DNA of 64,000 bases from Vicugna vicugna (taxonomy: Eukaryota). The stretch is from assembly GCA_013265495.1 (NCBI GenBank), contig PNXW01004639.1:1-64000 (forward strand), in the 5' to 3' direction. Made by a program: the position numbers and the translations under genes. The notes beneath the pieces were generated by a model that was not told the DNA's origin, did no database searches, and was given only the letters and a program-made list of their open reading frames with translations. Shown one piece after another: positions 25,596-39,625 of this stretch (its first letter is position 1; each line of letters starts with the position of its first letter).

Positions 25596-26095
25596 TGCAG
25601 TTAACCAGTTACTCTGCCAGTTTCATTGGTGCTGGCAGGTGACATGAGACTCCTGGATTTGAGATAAAGTATTATTCACATCACAGAAAACAGCCAGAGC
25701 CTAGCACACTCGTATTGGTTCTCCCAGCTCCCCACATTCCATGGGTGTGATGCAGACGGGTCCATGTGGATGCAGACGGGTCCACGTGTGATGCAGACGG
25801 GACATGTGTATGCTGCACATGCAGTAGACTATATCACAGCTGAGCACATACACATAGAACCTTCATCTTTTTATGAAGGGCGAAAGCAAACCTGGCCTTT
25901 GTTCTGAAAGAAGACATTAACTTTATTACACTGCTCAAAAGGAAAATCTGCCCTTTGCTCCAAATGGAGCAGACACTATATTTTTCAGGGCTTTTCACTG
26001 AACACACATTTTTGAAAAGACAGTCTGGGACAACAGGGCAGTTAGTGCTTTGCTTGTAAAATGTGCAGAAACACAAGAAATGAATGGCTCCCAGG
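25596..26095 (-). mobile_element. MER54/MER74-like ERVL solo LTR
   Basis: 'tttcattggtgctggcaggtgacatgagactcctggatttgagataaagtattattcaca' and 'aagcaaacctggcctttg', 'gcagaaacacaaga'. Confidence 0.65.
25745..25813. repeat. ~20-bp minisatellite, about 3.4 copies (gtgtgatgcagacgggtccat)
   Basis: Three near-identical units read directly inside the LTR. Confidence 0.9.
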
Positions 26096-26467
26096 AACCA
26101 GGAGTAGGCTAGTCCTGGAGTGAACTCACAATAATATTATAAGTAACTTCTTAGATTTCACTGAGATGTTTTACCCTCTTTTAATCATATATTCAGTGAA
26201 TGATAAAGAACAACCTCATTTTGTATCTGTGCCAGAAGTCAAAATAGAATTGTACATTTCTTATGAATTCATTGTAGTTTACATTTAATTTTTATTTGGT
26301 TCTGGACATTCAAGAAATGTATTGGGTCGGTGAGCAAATGAATAGTTGCTGCGGTTAATCAGGTGTTTACTAGTGGGACAATCTCCAGAATCCCATATCA
26401 CTAGAAGACCTTTGATGCCAATGTACTGAAGCAAGGAGAACTAATTTATAGCCAATGAGCATAATTT

Positions 26468-26640
26468 TTATGGGCCCTCCCGTATAATCTCTGTATTTTA
26501 AAGTCAACTGGTTTGGACCCTTAACTGCACCCGTGGACTCCCTTCAGAGCAATACCTAGATTAACGTGTGAGTAACTGGAAGCAAGTGTACTCAGGAGGC
26601 TGGCAGTTTGGGGGCCTCCTTAGAATTCTGCCCGCCACAC
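26468..26640 (-). mobile_element. MLT1 (MaLR) LTR 5' fragment
   Basis: Reverse complement begins 'tgtggcgggcagaattctaaggaggccccc...aatctaggtattgctctgaaggga...cagttgactttaaaatacagagattat'. Confidence 0.75.
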
Positions 26641-27454
26641 CAGCCAGCACAGCTTTCTGGAAGTGTCAGAGCTTTACACACTTCTGCACGTTGTACTGCG
26701 ACCCACTGGGGGCACTTGAGTCTCTGAAGCACCTCCGAAGCCCGGCGCCTGGTACAGTTCTGCCTGCGCCACGCGGCCCTCTTCAGCCACTTCCCCTCAT
26801 CTGCCACAGAGCAGTGGGTGAGCCCGGCTCACTTCAGCCCTCTTCGTGTTTGGGAGAAGTCATGTCTTCTTCTCTCCAGCTGTTCCCAGGGCTTTCTCCT
26901 TCCCACGCTTCTCTCTGGGAGACCAGCCTTACACGCGCACAGTACAGGAAGAGCAGCCTTGGGGTAGCTTTTGCAAATGCTTCCATGGCAAAGGAGTCAA
27001 AGGATCTTAAGTATTTTAATAGGATAGGGAAAGAAATAAGATGCAACAAACAAAACAAAAATTGATATATCAAATTATCACGTCAAAAATAAGTTTATAT
27101 TGCTGAAGGAAACTGAGGTTGATTCCTTTGGTTTTACAACTAAAAATAAACTGAACCGTGGTCCAGGAAGAAGAACTAACAGTTTGGGGTGGGACTTGAG
27201 GTCTGGGCATCTGTCCTATAACAAAGCCCTGAATGAACCTTGTCTGGGGGGAAAAAAAAGGACTGCAAAGTAAAAAATTTTTAATTCATTTAAAAAATAA
27301 ATTTAAAAAGGAACAGTGTTTTGAATGTAATAGTTCAGGAGAAGAAGTTTCGCACTAGCATTGGTATGGTTCTTGCAAGAACTCTTAAGAGGAGCCTCCG
27401 GGCTCACCCCGCAGGGCTCTCTCCCCACGTGCCTCTCCGTTGACTAACCCCTGC

Positions 27455-27545
27455 TGTGTCAAAAGGGCTGTGTGCCCAAATAAAGTTGGAAAACGTCTGA
27501 TTTTTTTTTTTAAAGTTAATTGTTTAATGTACAGCAGGACTTCTA
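27455..27545. mobile_element. hAT-Charlie (Charlie4-like) fragment
   Basis: 'aaaagggctgtgtgcccaaataaagttggaaaacg...aaagttaa...gcaggacttct'. Confidence 0.4.
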
Positions 27546-27859
27546 GGGAAAGACAAACCTAGCCTGCTTCTGCCTGGCCGGCAGGTAGATCCTTACTGAC
27601 TTTTAAGTCTCCACTTACATACTGACTTTTTCATAAGCCTTTTCCAGCATGCCTGGAACCCTCTGCAGCCTGAGCCACCACTGCACCTGATACCTCGTCC
27701 TCAGTGCAGAAGCTACCAAAGATTCTCACTGTCAGCTGCTGCTCACCTCTTGTCCATCTAAATGGTCTTCATGTTTGTGTTCAGAATCTCTGGTTTGATG
27801 TCATGCACACAATATGCACTGGGCATGCTTGTTTAATTCATAATTGTTTGCCGAACAAG

Positions 27860-28130
27860 AAGGGTCCATGAGCAGGTGGGAGGAGGAGATGAGTGCATGA
27901 GGAATAAACATCCCCTTTGAGGATAGAAAGAGGAACAGCTTTGCTTCTAAAACTGGCAATAAGCGGGAGAGACTGTAAAGCAGATATAAACACAGTTGTG
28001 GTTGTGAGCACGGACAGGTAAAGGGGTTCGTTCCTGCTGGCTCTGTTTCTTTATGGCAAAATGGGGTGGGGGGGATGCACAATGGAAGGAGGAGTGCGTT
28101 TCTAAAGCTTTAGGTTTAAAGTAGTTGTGG
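27860..28130 (-). mobile_element. L2 fragment
   Basis: Purine-rich antisense L2-like segment ('ggtgggaggaggagatgag...tttgaggatagaaagaggaacagc'). Confidence 0.4.
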
Positions 28131-30527
28131 GAGATGGAGGAAGGGCCTAGCTGGAAACACAGACAGTAGTCTCTCAGTGACATTAAGAACCTATCTGCAG
28201 CAGGATGACACTAATTTTTAAAATGACAAAGCAACAGGACTCAAACCATCTGGGGCAAGCATAGTGACAGCCTCCACTGAGTTAGATGAGCACTGTCCCA
28301 AGTAGGTGGGAGGCCACGACCCACCTGCTTAGCAATACTCTCGTGGAGGGGTCGTTTCCGACATTGTCTATTCACAGCTCATGGACAGCTTACAAGAAGA
28401 GAATGTAAGCAATTAATCCTGAAGTTGCTCCACTAACAGACGTCTGGCACTCAACCAGCTGCTATAAATTTTTGAAAAATATACAAGGAGAGGAAATTAG
28501 TATGAGGCAGTTCTAATTATGAAACAATAGATAGTCTGTAGCAATGAGGAGGGTCCAGCTCTCAGAGATAGATCTTCCAAAGGAGGGTATGGAAAACTGC
28601 TTTTGATCTAAAAATGTGATGAGTTAAATTTTTATACCAAGTACTGAAGCTGGGTCATGGTTTGATTCCACTGGAAAATTAATGTGTGTAGTAGGAGAAT
28701 CCTGAATAGTTATCACATTTCCTTTTCATAAAATCGGATAAATGTAATATTATTTTGCGTAACTTTGGAATAATAGTTTAGAAATGTGAATTTTTATCAA
28801 AAAAAGAAATTTCCGCACCTCTTCATGCTTGTAAAATGTGATTCATAAGCATTACTAAAAGTTTCCATTTTCCTTTTTACTTAAAGGGGAAATGACTTGT
28901 GGCGACTCATTTTAGAATTGCAAACAGCTGGATAATCAACACCAAGTTTGTATCTCTTGCGTAGGTTGCAAGTTGGAAAAGGAAGATTTGTTGTCTTCTT
29001 TGCCCATCCCTAAAGAGGATCTGAGAGTGATTTATAGTTTCGTAACTAGATATTTATGAATATCGATAAAATTCTACTGGGGACTTAGCAACTTCCAATG
29101 TAAAACAAGATCTTTCCTTCATTATTTTGATCCAAAAATTTTAAGATATGCTATAATCCACGTTTTTTTCTGAAGCATTCCTAATTGAAGAATAAATCAT
29201 TTAATGAATTAGAATTATTTTCCATGAACTGTCCTCTATTTTTTTTTTTTTTTGCTTGTAGCTTCATATTATCTACTGCCGAGCTACAATTACAAAATAG
29301 GCACTGGAGACTCGTTCCGGTAAATGCATAATATATTTTAGTTCACTAAGAAAGATTTTAAGGGAAAAAAATCTTCTGTGTTATTCATTACCATGGCCAA
29401 AGACTTAAGAGAAGGTGAAGTCCACATCCATGTTTCTTTTTATTGTAGATAGTGATTTCCTGGCCTCTTAGCTTAACTGATACTAATACCAACTAATACT
29501 AAATAAATAACTAAAGACATTGATATGCATCTCCATTATATGTATCTACTTAATGCTGCAACTCTGGGGTTACAGATCCATTTTTATCTCCAGAGAAATT
29601 TCTAATCCATCCATACAATATGCAATCATTACATGAAGGAAATATGAGAAGTTACTTCAATCTAATTCTAGGAAAAGAAGCATGGTACTTCCTAACCAGC
29701 CCTGTGTGAATAGCCTTCCAAGCTGGAGAGTATTTCAGTGTAGAATTAACAAAGTGGCCCATTTTGTTAGAATCAGAAAAACTCAACTAGCAACATTCAT
29801 CCTCTCAAAACCATGCATGGAAAGTATCTCTTTCCTTCCCAAATGTCACCCACGGAAAGACTGCACTGTCTCATACCCCTTCTTCACTCTTTCCCGCCTC
29901 TACCAGAATAATTCCACTTCTCACAGAGTGAATGCTCTGGACCTCAAAGATAAACAGACAGGAAGACCAGAGAGGCTCATCTTCACACACCCAGCGTTAG
30001 CTGTACCTCCGAGACTCTAAACCTGAGAGTAGGTCTCCTGACACCCCAAAGAGGAGGACTATGTGACACCCCAACTTACAGCATCCTGAGCCAACACAGA
30101 GCAGCAGAAAGCAAACACACTCTGAATCAAGCCAACAGAGCTTAAACATGCTGTAGCATCTTTTCCTTTCCTCTGATGGCAGTATCGAGCAGTACAGTAG
30201 TGTAAATACATCTACGTAACTAGTGAATTTGCACATTTCTGCACTTACAAACACCACAGTGAAGAGCAGGTTGGTAACCTGTCAGGCTGGAAGACCAGAA
30301 TCATAGACAATGGGTTCTTTGTATCGAAAGGAATGACTCTATTCATGGGAAATTGTAGTTTACTCTCCAGTAACTGTGTATACTTGTACTCAGAGACACA
30401 ATAGATCTAAACAGGGCCATGGTGATCATTACGTTGTGGACCCCCAAAAGGATCTTGAGGACTCCAAGGCCTCTGTGGACCACACTTTGGGAATCAGTGC
30501 AAAATACCATAATGATGTGTTCTAGGA

Positions 30528-30607
30528 TTTCTTTCTTTCCCCTTTCTTCTTTTTCTTCCTTCCTCTCTTCCTTCCTTCCTTCTTTCTGTCTTCTCCTCAT
30601 TCCTTTC
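30528..30607. repeat. CT-rich low-complexity tract
   Basis: (TTCC/TTTC)n-like run. Confidence 0.85.
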
Positions 30608-30803
30608 ATTTGAGTTAGACATAGCAAAATATTTGTATTCCTGGTGGTGTGGGTGGCAGGTCTCACTATCTGTTAGCTGTGTGGTCTCAGCTGGCATAGT
30701 GGAAGTGGTCAAAGCCGGTGAAGAGTTGGTGCTCTATTTTCAGATGCATCAAAATACACTGGGCTCCCAATTCCCAGATCTACATGGAGGCTCCACTTTT
30801 AGA

Positions 30804-31138
30804 TCTATGCTTTCCAACATGGTAGTCACCAAGCACACTTGAAATGAACACTCTGAGCACTTGAAATGTGGTTAGTCTGAATTGAGATGTGCTGTGAATG
30901 TAAAATACCCACCAGATTTTGAAGATGCGCTGAAAAATGTGTCAAATATCTCATTAACATTTTAATATTGATTACATGTTGAAGTGTTTATGGTTTGGAT
31001 ATATTGGGGAAGTTGAGATTATATTATTAAATTAATTTAACTTAGTTTTTTAGAGTTTTTCTTTGTTTTGGCTTGTGGCTACTAGTCTTTAAACTTTCAT
31101 ATGTGGCTTGTGTCATATTTCAGTTGGCTGTTTTTGCT
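30804..31138 (-). mobile_element. MER33 hAT-Charlie DNA transposon
   Basis: 'gagcacttgaaatgtggttagtctgaattgagatgtgctgt...gtaaaatac...aaatatctcattaa...tattgattacatgttgaa...ttggatatattggg...gtggctactag...catatgtggct'. Confidence 0.88.
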
Positions 31139-34100
31139 ATAGCCATTGGCAATAATGGGACTAAACGAACTTCCATATAAATTAGGGATCATAATTAAGC
31201 TGGTTATTTTTATTAATGCAGGCTAAAGCTCTGTCAGTTAGTTTTCTATGGGAAACTACTGACATTTTGTCTCCATTCTAAACCTCTTAAATAAAATACT
31301 CTCAATATCCAGTTGGTGGATATAGATAGGTATGAGGCTGTGGCTATATTTTTTCATTAATACGATTTATTTTTCTTGAGAAATACATAAGCACACATGC
31401 ATGTGCATATGTGCTCACACTCACTTTTCTAATCAATTATGGCAAAGAAAGAGAGAAAGAGAAAAAAAACAAACATCAGTAGCAAAACATAAGAACCAAT
31501 GTTCAAGATTTATGATAAGTACTATTTCCTTCTTCGTTCAGCTCATCCTCATGATTATGGAATATTGATTTTCTTTTACCAGGAGATTTAATCCTGACCT
31601 GAGTTTAGTTTATATCACAGATTAGTAGAAGGCACAATTGGCCAAAGAGATAGTGTTGGAAGAGACCTTTGGGCGCCCCCCCCGCCCCCTAGGGTGTTGG
31701 AAGCACCAAATGGTGGTGCTGGTTTTGTACAGACTCATTTTAAACCATTAAAAATAATTCTTACTGGGAAAAAAAGATTAGTAGAAATGAGATACTTGGA
31801 AAATGTCTTTATGACATATTTTTCATTTTAAAATAAACTGAATCAGACACCTATTTTAAATGTTTACTGTTTCTGTAACAGTGAAAGTTAAAAAGAAATC
31901 CATGTGTCTGTATCTATATGGCCACCTACAGCAGGGATTGTATCTGTTAGGAACTGGGAGGATATGGGCGTCTTTACAAGTCCAAAACATCTAAAATTCA
32001 CCCACCCTGTGACAATCAGGCTGAAGTAGATGCATTATAGTTAGCTCCATTTCCACCAAGGGACTTACTCTATGGGAAACGTGGTGATGTGGGAAGAGGC
32101 GGGAAGCGTGATCAGTCCCTTACTCTGACACTTCACAGCAAGTTACGGTGCAGTCTGTTCCCTTACCTCAAAAAACGTATACAGTATCTCTGCCTCACAA
32201 GGCTTTTTTGAGACTCTGGACAAGATGGAACCATCTGTGAAAGCATCCAGCAAAGGGTGGGAGGTACCTGGAGACACAGAAGGCACTTGGGAAAAGTTAG
32301 TTCTTTCTCCTGCTTCGCTTTTCCAAAATTAATAAAACAGATGTCTTTCCTGACACTGGTTTTCATTTCTACTTTTATCTCTATCTTTCCTTTTGACCCC
32401 AGGAGCCTCCCATCATTTCTGCATCTCTCCCTCTGCTTTTTTCCTGATTAAAGTTTTTTTTTTTTTTTTGCCCCGTTCTCTTGCACACTGGTATCTAAGC
32501 AAGCATTGTGTTCTTTGGGGTAAACAGAGCCTCTTAATTCTAGTTCTTAGCTCAGAATTTACTGTTGCAGTTCTCTGATGTGAACTGGCCCTTAATAATG
32601 TATGATAGGAACCAAGAATATTTGTGAAATTAGCTTTTCAGAAGGAGCATAAAAATCGAAGATGAGCTAGAAAGTTGATTTTATTACGTTCTGTAATGGC
32701 TAGGAAATGTTTGGATGGCTGCAAGTGGCATGATAACTTTCAACCTTTTTTAATTGTTTTAAAGAAATGCATCAAGTCTCAGAATTTTATCATTTTTGAA
32801 CAGGACATAAATGACATCAGCCACACTAACAAATAGCCATATGGTCAGAGCTTCAGAAGAATCAGACAGGAGCCAAAGACCTCCCCGCCCAGCCCCCAGC
32901 AGAATAAGGATAAGGGAAATCAGAGGTTGAAAATCTCAGAGAAATTTGATAACCTATATTGTGAACTTGGCAGGTTAGATGAAACCGGCTGACTTTTCCT
33001 ACATGCTTACGAATTTAGCCCAGGCAGACGCATGTGTTCAGGGACATACCCGAGGTTGAGATCATCTTGAACACCCTGAGACTGGCATCAGAACATCTAA
33101 GCAGGGCTAGTACAGAACAGAACTGATGAAAGTGTTTATCAGAGGTGCAAATATTTTTGTTAATTGTTCGGGACTGCATTATATAATATGGCACCTTAAA
33201 TTTTAACTTTATTTGGTGTCTTTTAATTTTCTCAGAGCACACGACACCCCTCACATGTTCAGATTAGAAATGGTAACGTGTGTGTATGCGTGTTCCAGAT
33301 CACACGCATTCCCAGCTTTCTGTTCTAACGCTAGCTAGTGCTCCAACTAGGGCCAACCTGACATGACCAGACGTATTACCCCTTTCCCCAACCCTATACC
33401 ATAAATATATGCATTCTTATCTGCTCAATGCCATGGGAATTTCCTATGAGGGCTGTACTCTGTGAAGTTTCTCAAAGCATTCCTCTGATGAGAAACTCCA
33501 TGTCAGTATGAGAAGCATACATTTCAATCTAATTAATGTCTAACAAACGGTCACAGGATGCCTGCCTTTGTATGAGAACATGTTGCAAATATACCCCAGC
33601 TCAGCTGTGTATCCTGTATCTTTAACAAGCTTGAGGCTCCATGTACTAGATGGACTGTCTTAGAGATGCCACTTTATCAATTAGTCAAAGAGACACTTCA
33701 GGCACTTTTCACCTCTTAAGTTCCTTATGGCTTGATTCTTACAATGGCATGCCTGAAGTTGAGGATTTTATTCATATGATAATCTCTCACATTTTCTCTA
33801 GAGCAGGATATCCTTTCATGTGCTCCAAATTATATTTGTGTATTTTTCTTTTGAGCATCTGTTTCTATAATGATTTTTGTTATCATTTAATTTCAAACGT
33901 AACACAGTAAACAGAGAACTGTAATGATGCCAAGCACCAAAAATGTAGTGAGTGTCTCAGCCAAGAGAATTAGATCATCTTTTCAACTATCTATTAGCTG
34001 CATTCTTGGTGTGTCTTCATCGCATTTATATCTGGAAACATCTTCATTTTAGTAATAAAGGAAAAAATACTTCTTTTATCTAACTTCATTAGGAATGCCT

Positions 34101-34545
34101 GTGATAGTTGAGCTGGTATTTAAGACAAAACATTTCCTTGTGGAAATCCCTTACAGAGAAATTTCAAAAAATTATTCAGTAATGAAATTTCACTTGACTG
34201 ACAGCGATTCATTTTAGATATGTCCACCTTCACTTTGACCGTTTACCAGTTGCTCTCCCTGGGCCTCACTCTTCTAACTGACCTTCCTTATAAGAGGAGC
34301 AAACAGTAATTAATCACTGGCACTTCCCTTAATGTTTCCTCCATCAGGACAAATCCTCAGAGAAAACAATGCGAAAGTTATTTGGAAGGAACGGTAGAAT
34401 GTATTTCATACCTTACATCTTTGCTGCTGAGCTTTCATTATGGTTTTAGATACATTGTGTGAGTCTTTGGGAAGGTTTTAATTTTATCTGTTAGCTTCTA
34501 ATTATTTGCAGAGATGGTTATGCAGTAAGAAGTATCTTGACCAAG

Positions 34546-34990
34546 TGTTTTGGTTATATTCTGCCATGTAACAAACCATCCCCATATTTGGTAACTTAAA
34601 TCAAGAAATAGAGTCTGCTTTGCTCATGAATGCACATTTGGGACAGGGCTCCTAGCTGACTGCACGTCTCTGCTCCACACAGCATCCCCTGAAGAGGCTT
34701 CTAGGCAGGAGCTGAGGGATCCATGTGCAGCCTCTCCCAACTGGCAAGGTCATTGCTTCCTTCTCTGTGTGGCTCCTCATCGTCCTTCTCACAGCACAGC
34801 AGCTGGGCTTCAGGGATGAGTGGTCCAGAGACCTGGGTAGAAGCCATAGGTCTTCTTATGACCTCGCTTCACATCCACTGCATTCTCTCGGCCGAACAAA
34901 TGAGCACAGCCAGCCTGCATGCCAGGGGAAGGGAATTAGACTCCCTCTCTTAGTGAAAGGAGTGGGAAGGAGTTTGCAACCATATTTAGT
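34546..34990 (-). mobile_element. MLT1 (G/H-like) MaLR solo LTR
   Basis: 'gtaacaaaccatcccca...aacttaaa', 'gtctctgctccaca', 'gaagccataggtcttcttatgacct', 'ggaattagactccctctctt'. Confidence 0.78.
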
Positions 34991-35769
34991 CTCCTTGTCA
35001 GCTGTTCCGATGCCACTGATTACCCTTATCTCACATCTGAATTCAAAGACATTTTTGGCAATGGCAGTTCTTGGATTCCATGGTATTTTCTACCAGCTTT
35101 GAGTTGACCTCATCTGTCTCTAACTGTTCTCCATCTTTTCAAGAGGGGAGGAGTTCAGCTCCTGGATGAGCCAAAGAGTAAGGGCGTATCATGCACAGAA
35201 ATGGAGTTTTATTTAAACCAGTTATAATCTCTGTTTCCAATCCCACCATTCTCATACTCCATAAGTGGAAGGTGGGATATTATCCCAAGGAGTCCATACC
35301 AAGAGACTCTCATGAGGAACACTTGGGAATAAGACAGAGAAGGCTGGCGAGGGAGTGTCAGCTGCCACCGATCTCAAGGGTGGTCGGGAGCCCTCAAACT
35401 AGTCTTAAACAGAAATGGATTCAGACAGTGAGAGAATTCATCACACGACAAGGGCCAAGAGCTTGGTGCCAAGTGTCCCCCAAATCCTTACTGACAGGCA
35501 GCCTTTCTTGTGAGGTGGGAATGCAGTCAGGTCACATCAGAGACTGTGCTGACACACCTGAGGCCGCAGCCTTGGGTGGTCATCGTGGACAGGTGTTCCC
35601 GAAAGAATTGTCCTTAATCATCTCAATCAGCTGACTCAGTGTACCTCTTGCCTTTTACAGAGAAACCTTCCAAATCATGTCAGGCATGGGAACTTCCCTC
35701 ATTACATCCAACATTCAGATTTTTGTCACACTCAAAAAATAATTCTAATCTTGTTTTATCTAGCCATCA

Positions 35770-36948
35770 CTAAAACCTACCTCGGAGCATTGTTGGAAGT
35801 CTCCATTGTATGAGACTGTCGTGGGATTTTCCCCACAAGGTACATAATAGCTCATCCCCTCCGCTTCCTTCAGTCAGCCCCTTAAAGATAAGAGGCTTCT
35901 CAAGATTTTGGCTCCAACCCTCTTTTCTCACACTCCACACTTTCACTGCATGGACCCGTTTACTCAAATAACTTCAACTATCACTTCTACATTGATGGCT
36001 TGAAAATTTGTCTCTCAAGTGTGATCCTTTCTCTCAGCTCTTCTGGGGCCATAATTTTCATTTGAATGTCTCTTATGTAATGTCTCTTATCTCAAAGTCA
36101 GTAGAGCCCAAACTGAACTTATTTCTTATTCCCCTCTCAAGAAAAACTAGTTTTGCCACTTTCCTGTTCCTGACAAGATTATTACCTCTATATCCACTTG
36201 GGTTTTCTAACGATAGCGCTAGTGTCCTGGGGTTCTCTCTGTGCACCTGAGTCTAGAAGTTTCGCTCAGAAGTGATCTCAGGCTCAGTAGTCCCGACTCT
36301 CCTTTGATTCCGACTTATCTCTGCACCTCAGCTCTCGTGCGTGGCCCATTAGAGTAGCCCTTGACTGCTTCTGCGCTCTCCTGACCTTTCTAATCCATCC
36401 TCGACACTCAAGATAGCATTATCTTACTAAGTGCACATCTGATTGTATCAGCCCCCTCTCTTACAATTCTTTATAAGTCCAATTACCTTAGCTTATTTGC
36501 AGCCGTGATCTGGCCCCAGTTCACCCTCTGGTTTCATTGTCATCTTCTCGCTCTTCCTTCCTCCTGAACTCTGGCCAAAACACAGTTCCCTTAAAGATGC
36601 CATAAACTTTCACAATTTGGACTTCACACACTTTATCTACTCTTTCATGAAATTCCTTTCCCTATGCCAACTCTGAAAAAACCCCTCTCATCCCCAAAGA
36701 CCCAACTCAAAATATCATAGGCTTTGTGAACCATGGCTGTCAGACAGAATTAATCATCTCCTCTTCTTGTTCCCATGGTACTAAATAGCTCCACTCTGGC
36801 ACTAAGTAATAGTTTCCACTTATGTTTTCCCCACTAGGTTAGACAAGGCAGTTTTTTTTTTTAATTTTCATATTCTTATTTCCTTGTGTAAGGCCTGACA
36901 TATAGTATGCACTAAATGTTCACTAAATGTCAATTGAATTAATGAAGA
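35770..36948 (+). mobile_element. L2 LINE 3' portion
   Basis: 'cttcaactatcacttctacattgatg', 'taatccatcctcgacac', 'tgatctggccccagttcacc', ending 'ggcctgacatatagtatgcactaaatgtt...gaattaatgaa'. Confidence 0.8.
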
Positions 36949-37348
36949 ATTTGGAGTAAATGATGGCTAAAAATAAATTTCTTTAACATATTTTTAAGAG
37001 ATTGTGAACTGGTATACCCTTTTAAGAAATCAAGAGACTTTACTGTGTTCATACTTTTTTTTTTTCATATTTGGAAATCTATCCTAAGGGAATCATTCTA
37101 AATATGAAAAAGGATTTATCGCAAACAAAACAGCAAACTCCCTGACGCCAATTTTTTCTTTTTTATCCATCTTTGTATACACAGCATTCAGCACAATGTT
37201 TAACATAAATTATGTATTAAGTCCATCAACCAATTAAATAATATTAACCAAAAATTTTTATCATAAAAAATTACCTGAAAGTACACATCTTCAGGGAAAT
37301 GGTTAATTTTCATACTTATACTTCATGGTATATTATCCAGGCATTAAG
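36945..37348 (+). repeat. Arm 1 of ~400-bp inverted duplication (old L1ME 3' fragment with a nested L2-tail-like piece)
   Basis: Colinear reverse-complement match to 44506-44933, including an exact 19-mer (37018-37036 vs 44841-44859). Confidence 0.85.
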
Positions 37349-37624
37349 GAGAAACCGGTCAGTCTATCCTTGGCCTTTCGAGAATGCTGGGCTCCCTATG
37401 AATCCTCCTCCAGTGTCAAGTTCATGGAAGGGTGAAAGCTCAAGCCTCGTTTTCACTCACCCGACTTGCAGCTCGCCTTCTCCTCCTGCTGTTCTCCCTT
37501 CCTTGCTGTGCTTTTCCTTCGATCTTTACGTGGTTCTCCATGTCTCCTCAAACCATATTTTTTAATAATCATTTTTCTAATAAACTGAAAATAAATGTTG
37601 TAGTACTGGTGCCAACACCATTAA

Positions 37625-37770
37625 CCATAAGAGATGATGAGTGCTGGGTGTTTGCTATATGCCAGATCTTACGTAGGTACCTATAAATTATCTGGATTAC
37701 CTAGAAATTTTCCATTTAATCAGCACTGAGGTGACCGCCCTGCTTCAGGTGTGGGAGACTGGAGTCATGT
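37625..37770 (-). mobile_element. MIR fragment
   Basis: 'gtgtttgctatatgccag...ccatttaatc...ttcaggtgtgggagactg'. Confidence 0.5.
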
Positions 37771-39499
37771 CTGTCTTGACAAATATTTATGTGTCTTCCA
37801 TTGTTCTCCGGGATTAGAAACTCGTAACTCTTCCTTATCTCCTAATTTATACCGCCCTAGAATAACTTGCAGCCCTATTATCTGAAGTGTTGCCTGAATT
37901 ATTTGCTTCCTTAATAGGTAGGGTTTGTATGATTTTGATATGCCCAGGTCTAATGATGCTGGAAATGAGTGGAATCCAGCTCTGTGTGCCAGGGTGTTAA
38001 GAGTTCTTGCAATAAATACCTGTGATCTCTGTAGGGCTCGCGGAAGATGGGTCCTGTGTGTTACAGCGTACCGAGAGCTCACCAAAAGAAGATCACATCA
38101 CTGCCTAACAGCAGTTCACACATACTTTTCTAAATTTACAGCCGTAATTGCATTAGGTTGTCTTTTTTTTTTTTTAATTTATTTACTTCCTGACCCTGTG
38201 CTCACTGCTCGTGTTGAATGTGTTACACTGTTAACGCTGGGATAAGGTTGTGAGATGCTGTAGTGGATAATAGAGTTGTTTTATTATTTATCTTTCACTT
38301 AAATTTGTTTTTCATTTATATTTCCTTTTCTTTTTCATCATTTCCTTTATTTTTATTTTCACAAGTATGTGCTCATTCCCCTGTATGTCACATGTCTCAG
38401 GACCAGGAGGTGAGCTGAGAAATATAGGGGTACTTGGCCTCTGCTGTCTCCCCACTACAGCATTTTAACAATTACTAATTTTTTTGTCAGATTAGGAACA
38501 AGCATATTAACAAATCCCCTTTCCCCCAAAAATCTCTTCTGCGGTCCTCTTGTCTGTCTACAGTATCCTTTCCTTCATCTTATTTCCGCTCAGTGACTAC
38601 AGTGGAAACTGTGTCCCTAAGGTCAGCCAGGTGTCACTGAGTGCCAAGAGGTGGACAGTGCACTCAGTTATGAGAGCACAGATGATGGAGAGTCTGCTTT
38701 CCGTTGAATCTGTGGGATTCTAGTCGGCAAAGGAGGAAAGTCCAGAATAGAAGGGAGTGGAAGGGCTTTGGGTCGAGGGACAGCACATCGCAGCACGAAA
38801 AGGTAACCACAGGGACTCACATTTTGTTATGAGAAAGGTATCTTGGATATCTTAAATGTCGTGGTGTAATTGGCTGTCTTTCGGGATTCCTTTTACTCCA
38901 AATGCGTAGTTCGAATGAGTTGCATTTCCAAGAGTAATCATGGATTAGATATAAGAGTGGCCCTTTAGTGGATGAGGGGGGTGAGGAGAAAGCAAGGCGG
39001 GGGGCTCTCTAGAGAAGGACGCTTAGAATCTGCATGTATTAGCATACCTTATGCTTTCAGACAGCTGTTTAGCAGTAGAGAAGGGATTCAAACGCATCTC
39101 ATTTGAAAGCTGTGTTATTGCCATCATTTCTCTGTTATTGTCCTTTTTCAAATTTTGAGGATGAGACCTACATACCATCAGCCCTCCCTTAGTGCAGGAG
39201 AAAGAATAATAAACTTAGTCAGAAGCAACAGAGCACTGGAGACGTTCAGACAGTAGCAATCACGGCGAGGTCTGGCAACAGGAGCCAGCAACCCAACTAT
39301 AAGACACTGAGACATGCAGGGAGGAAAACCTAACGCCAAGGATGTCCTTCGGAGGAAATGTTAGGTTTCAAAGATCTGAAAGTAAACACCATTAATGTAA
39401 CTCAAACTGTATCCTTGAGGCTAGAGGGCTGTTGAGGCAGGGAGCCAGATATGCCTTTAGTTACGCTGAAAACAATGTTTCACTTGGTGTCTAAAATTA

Positions 39500-39625
39500 A
39501 GGGTTTAGCTTCCAGCTCTTCTTGCCACTAGCTGTGTGACCCTGGGTTGAGTCATCTTATCTCTTTCAAGTTTCTCTGAGCTGCAGTTTCCTTAACTACA
39601 GATAAAGGTGGTATCTGTTGGACCA
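39500..39625 (+). mobile_element. MIR fragment
   Basis: 'tgccactagctgtgtgaccctggg...tctctgagctgcagtttcctta'. Confidence 0.65.

Noticed and set aside
25745..25813. CRISPR-like repeat array
   Set aside because: Contiguous tandem units without spacers, inside an LTR in mammalian DNA.
26568..27065. Longest listed ORF (165 aa) and overlapping minus-strand ORFs
   Set aside because: Non-ATG start inside an MLT1 LTR, no recognisable domain, and a length expected by chance in GC-richer sequence.
31671..31725. CTCF-like CCGCCCCCTAGGG
   Set aside because: Mismatches at the conserved end of the core motif; mostly a C-run.
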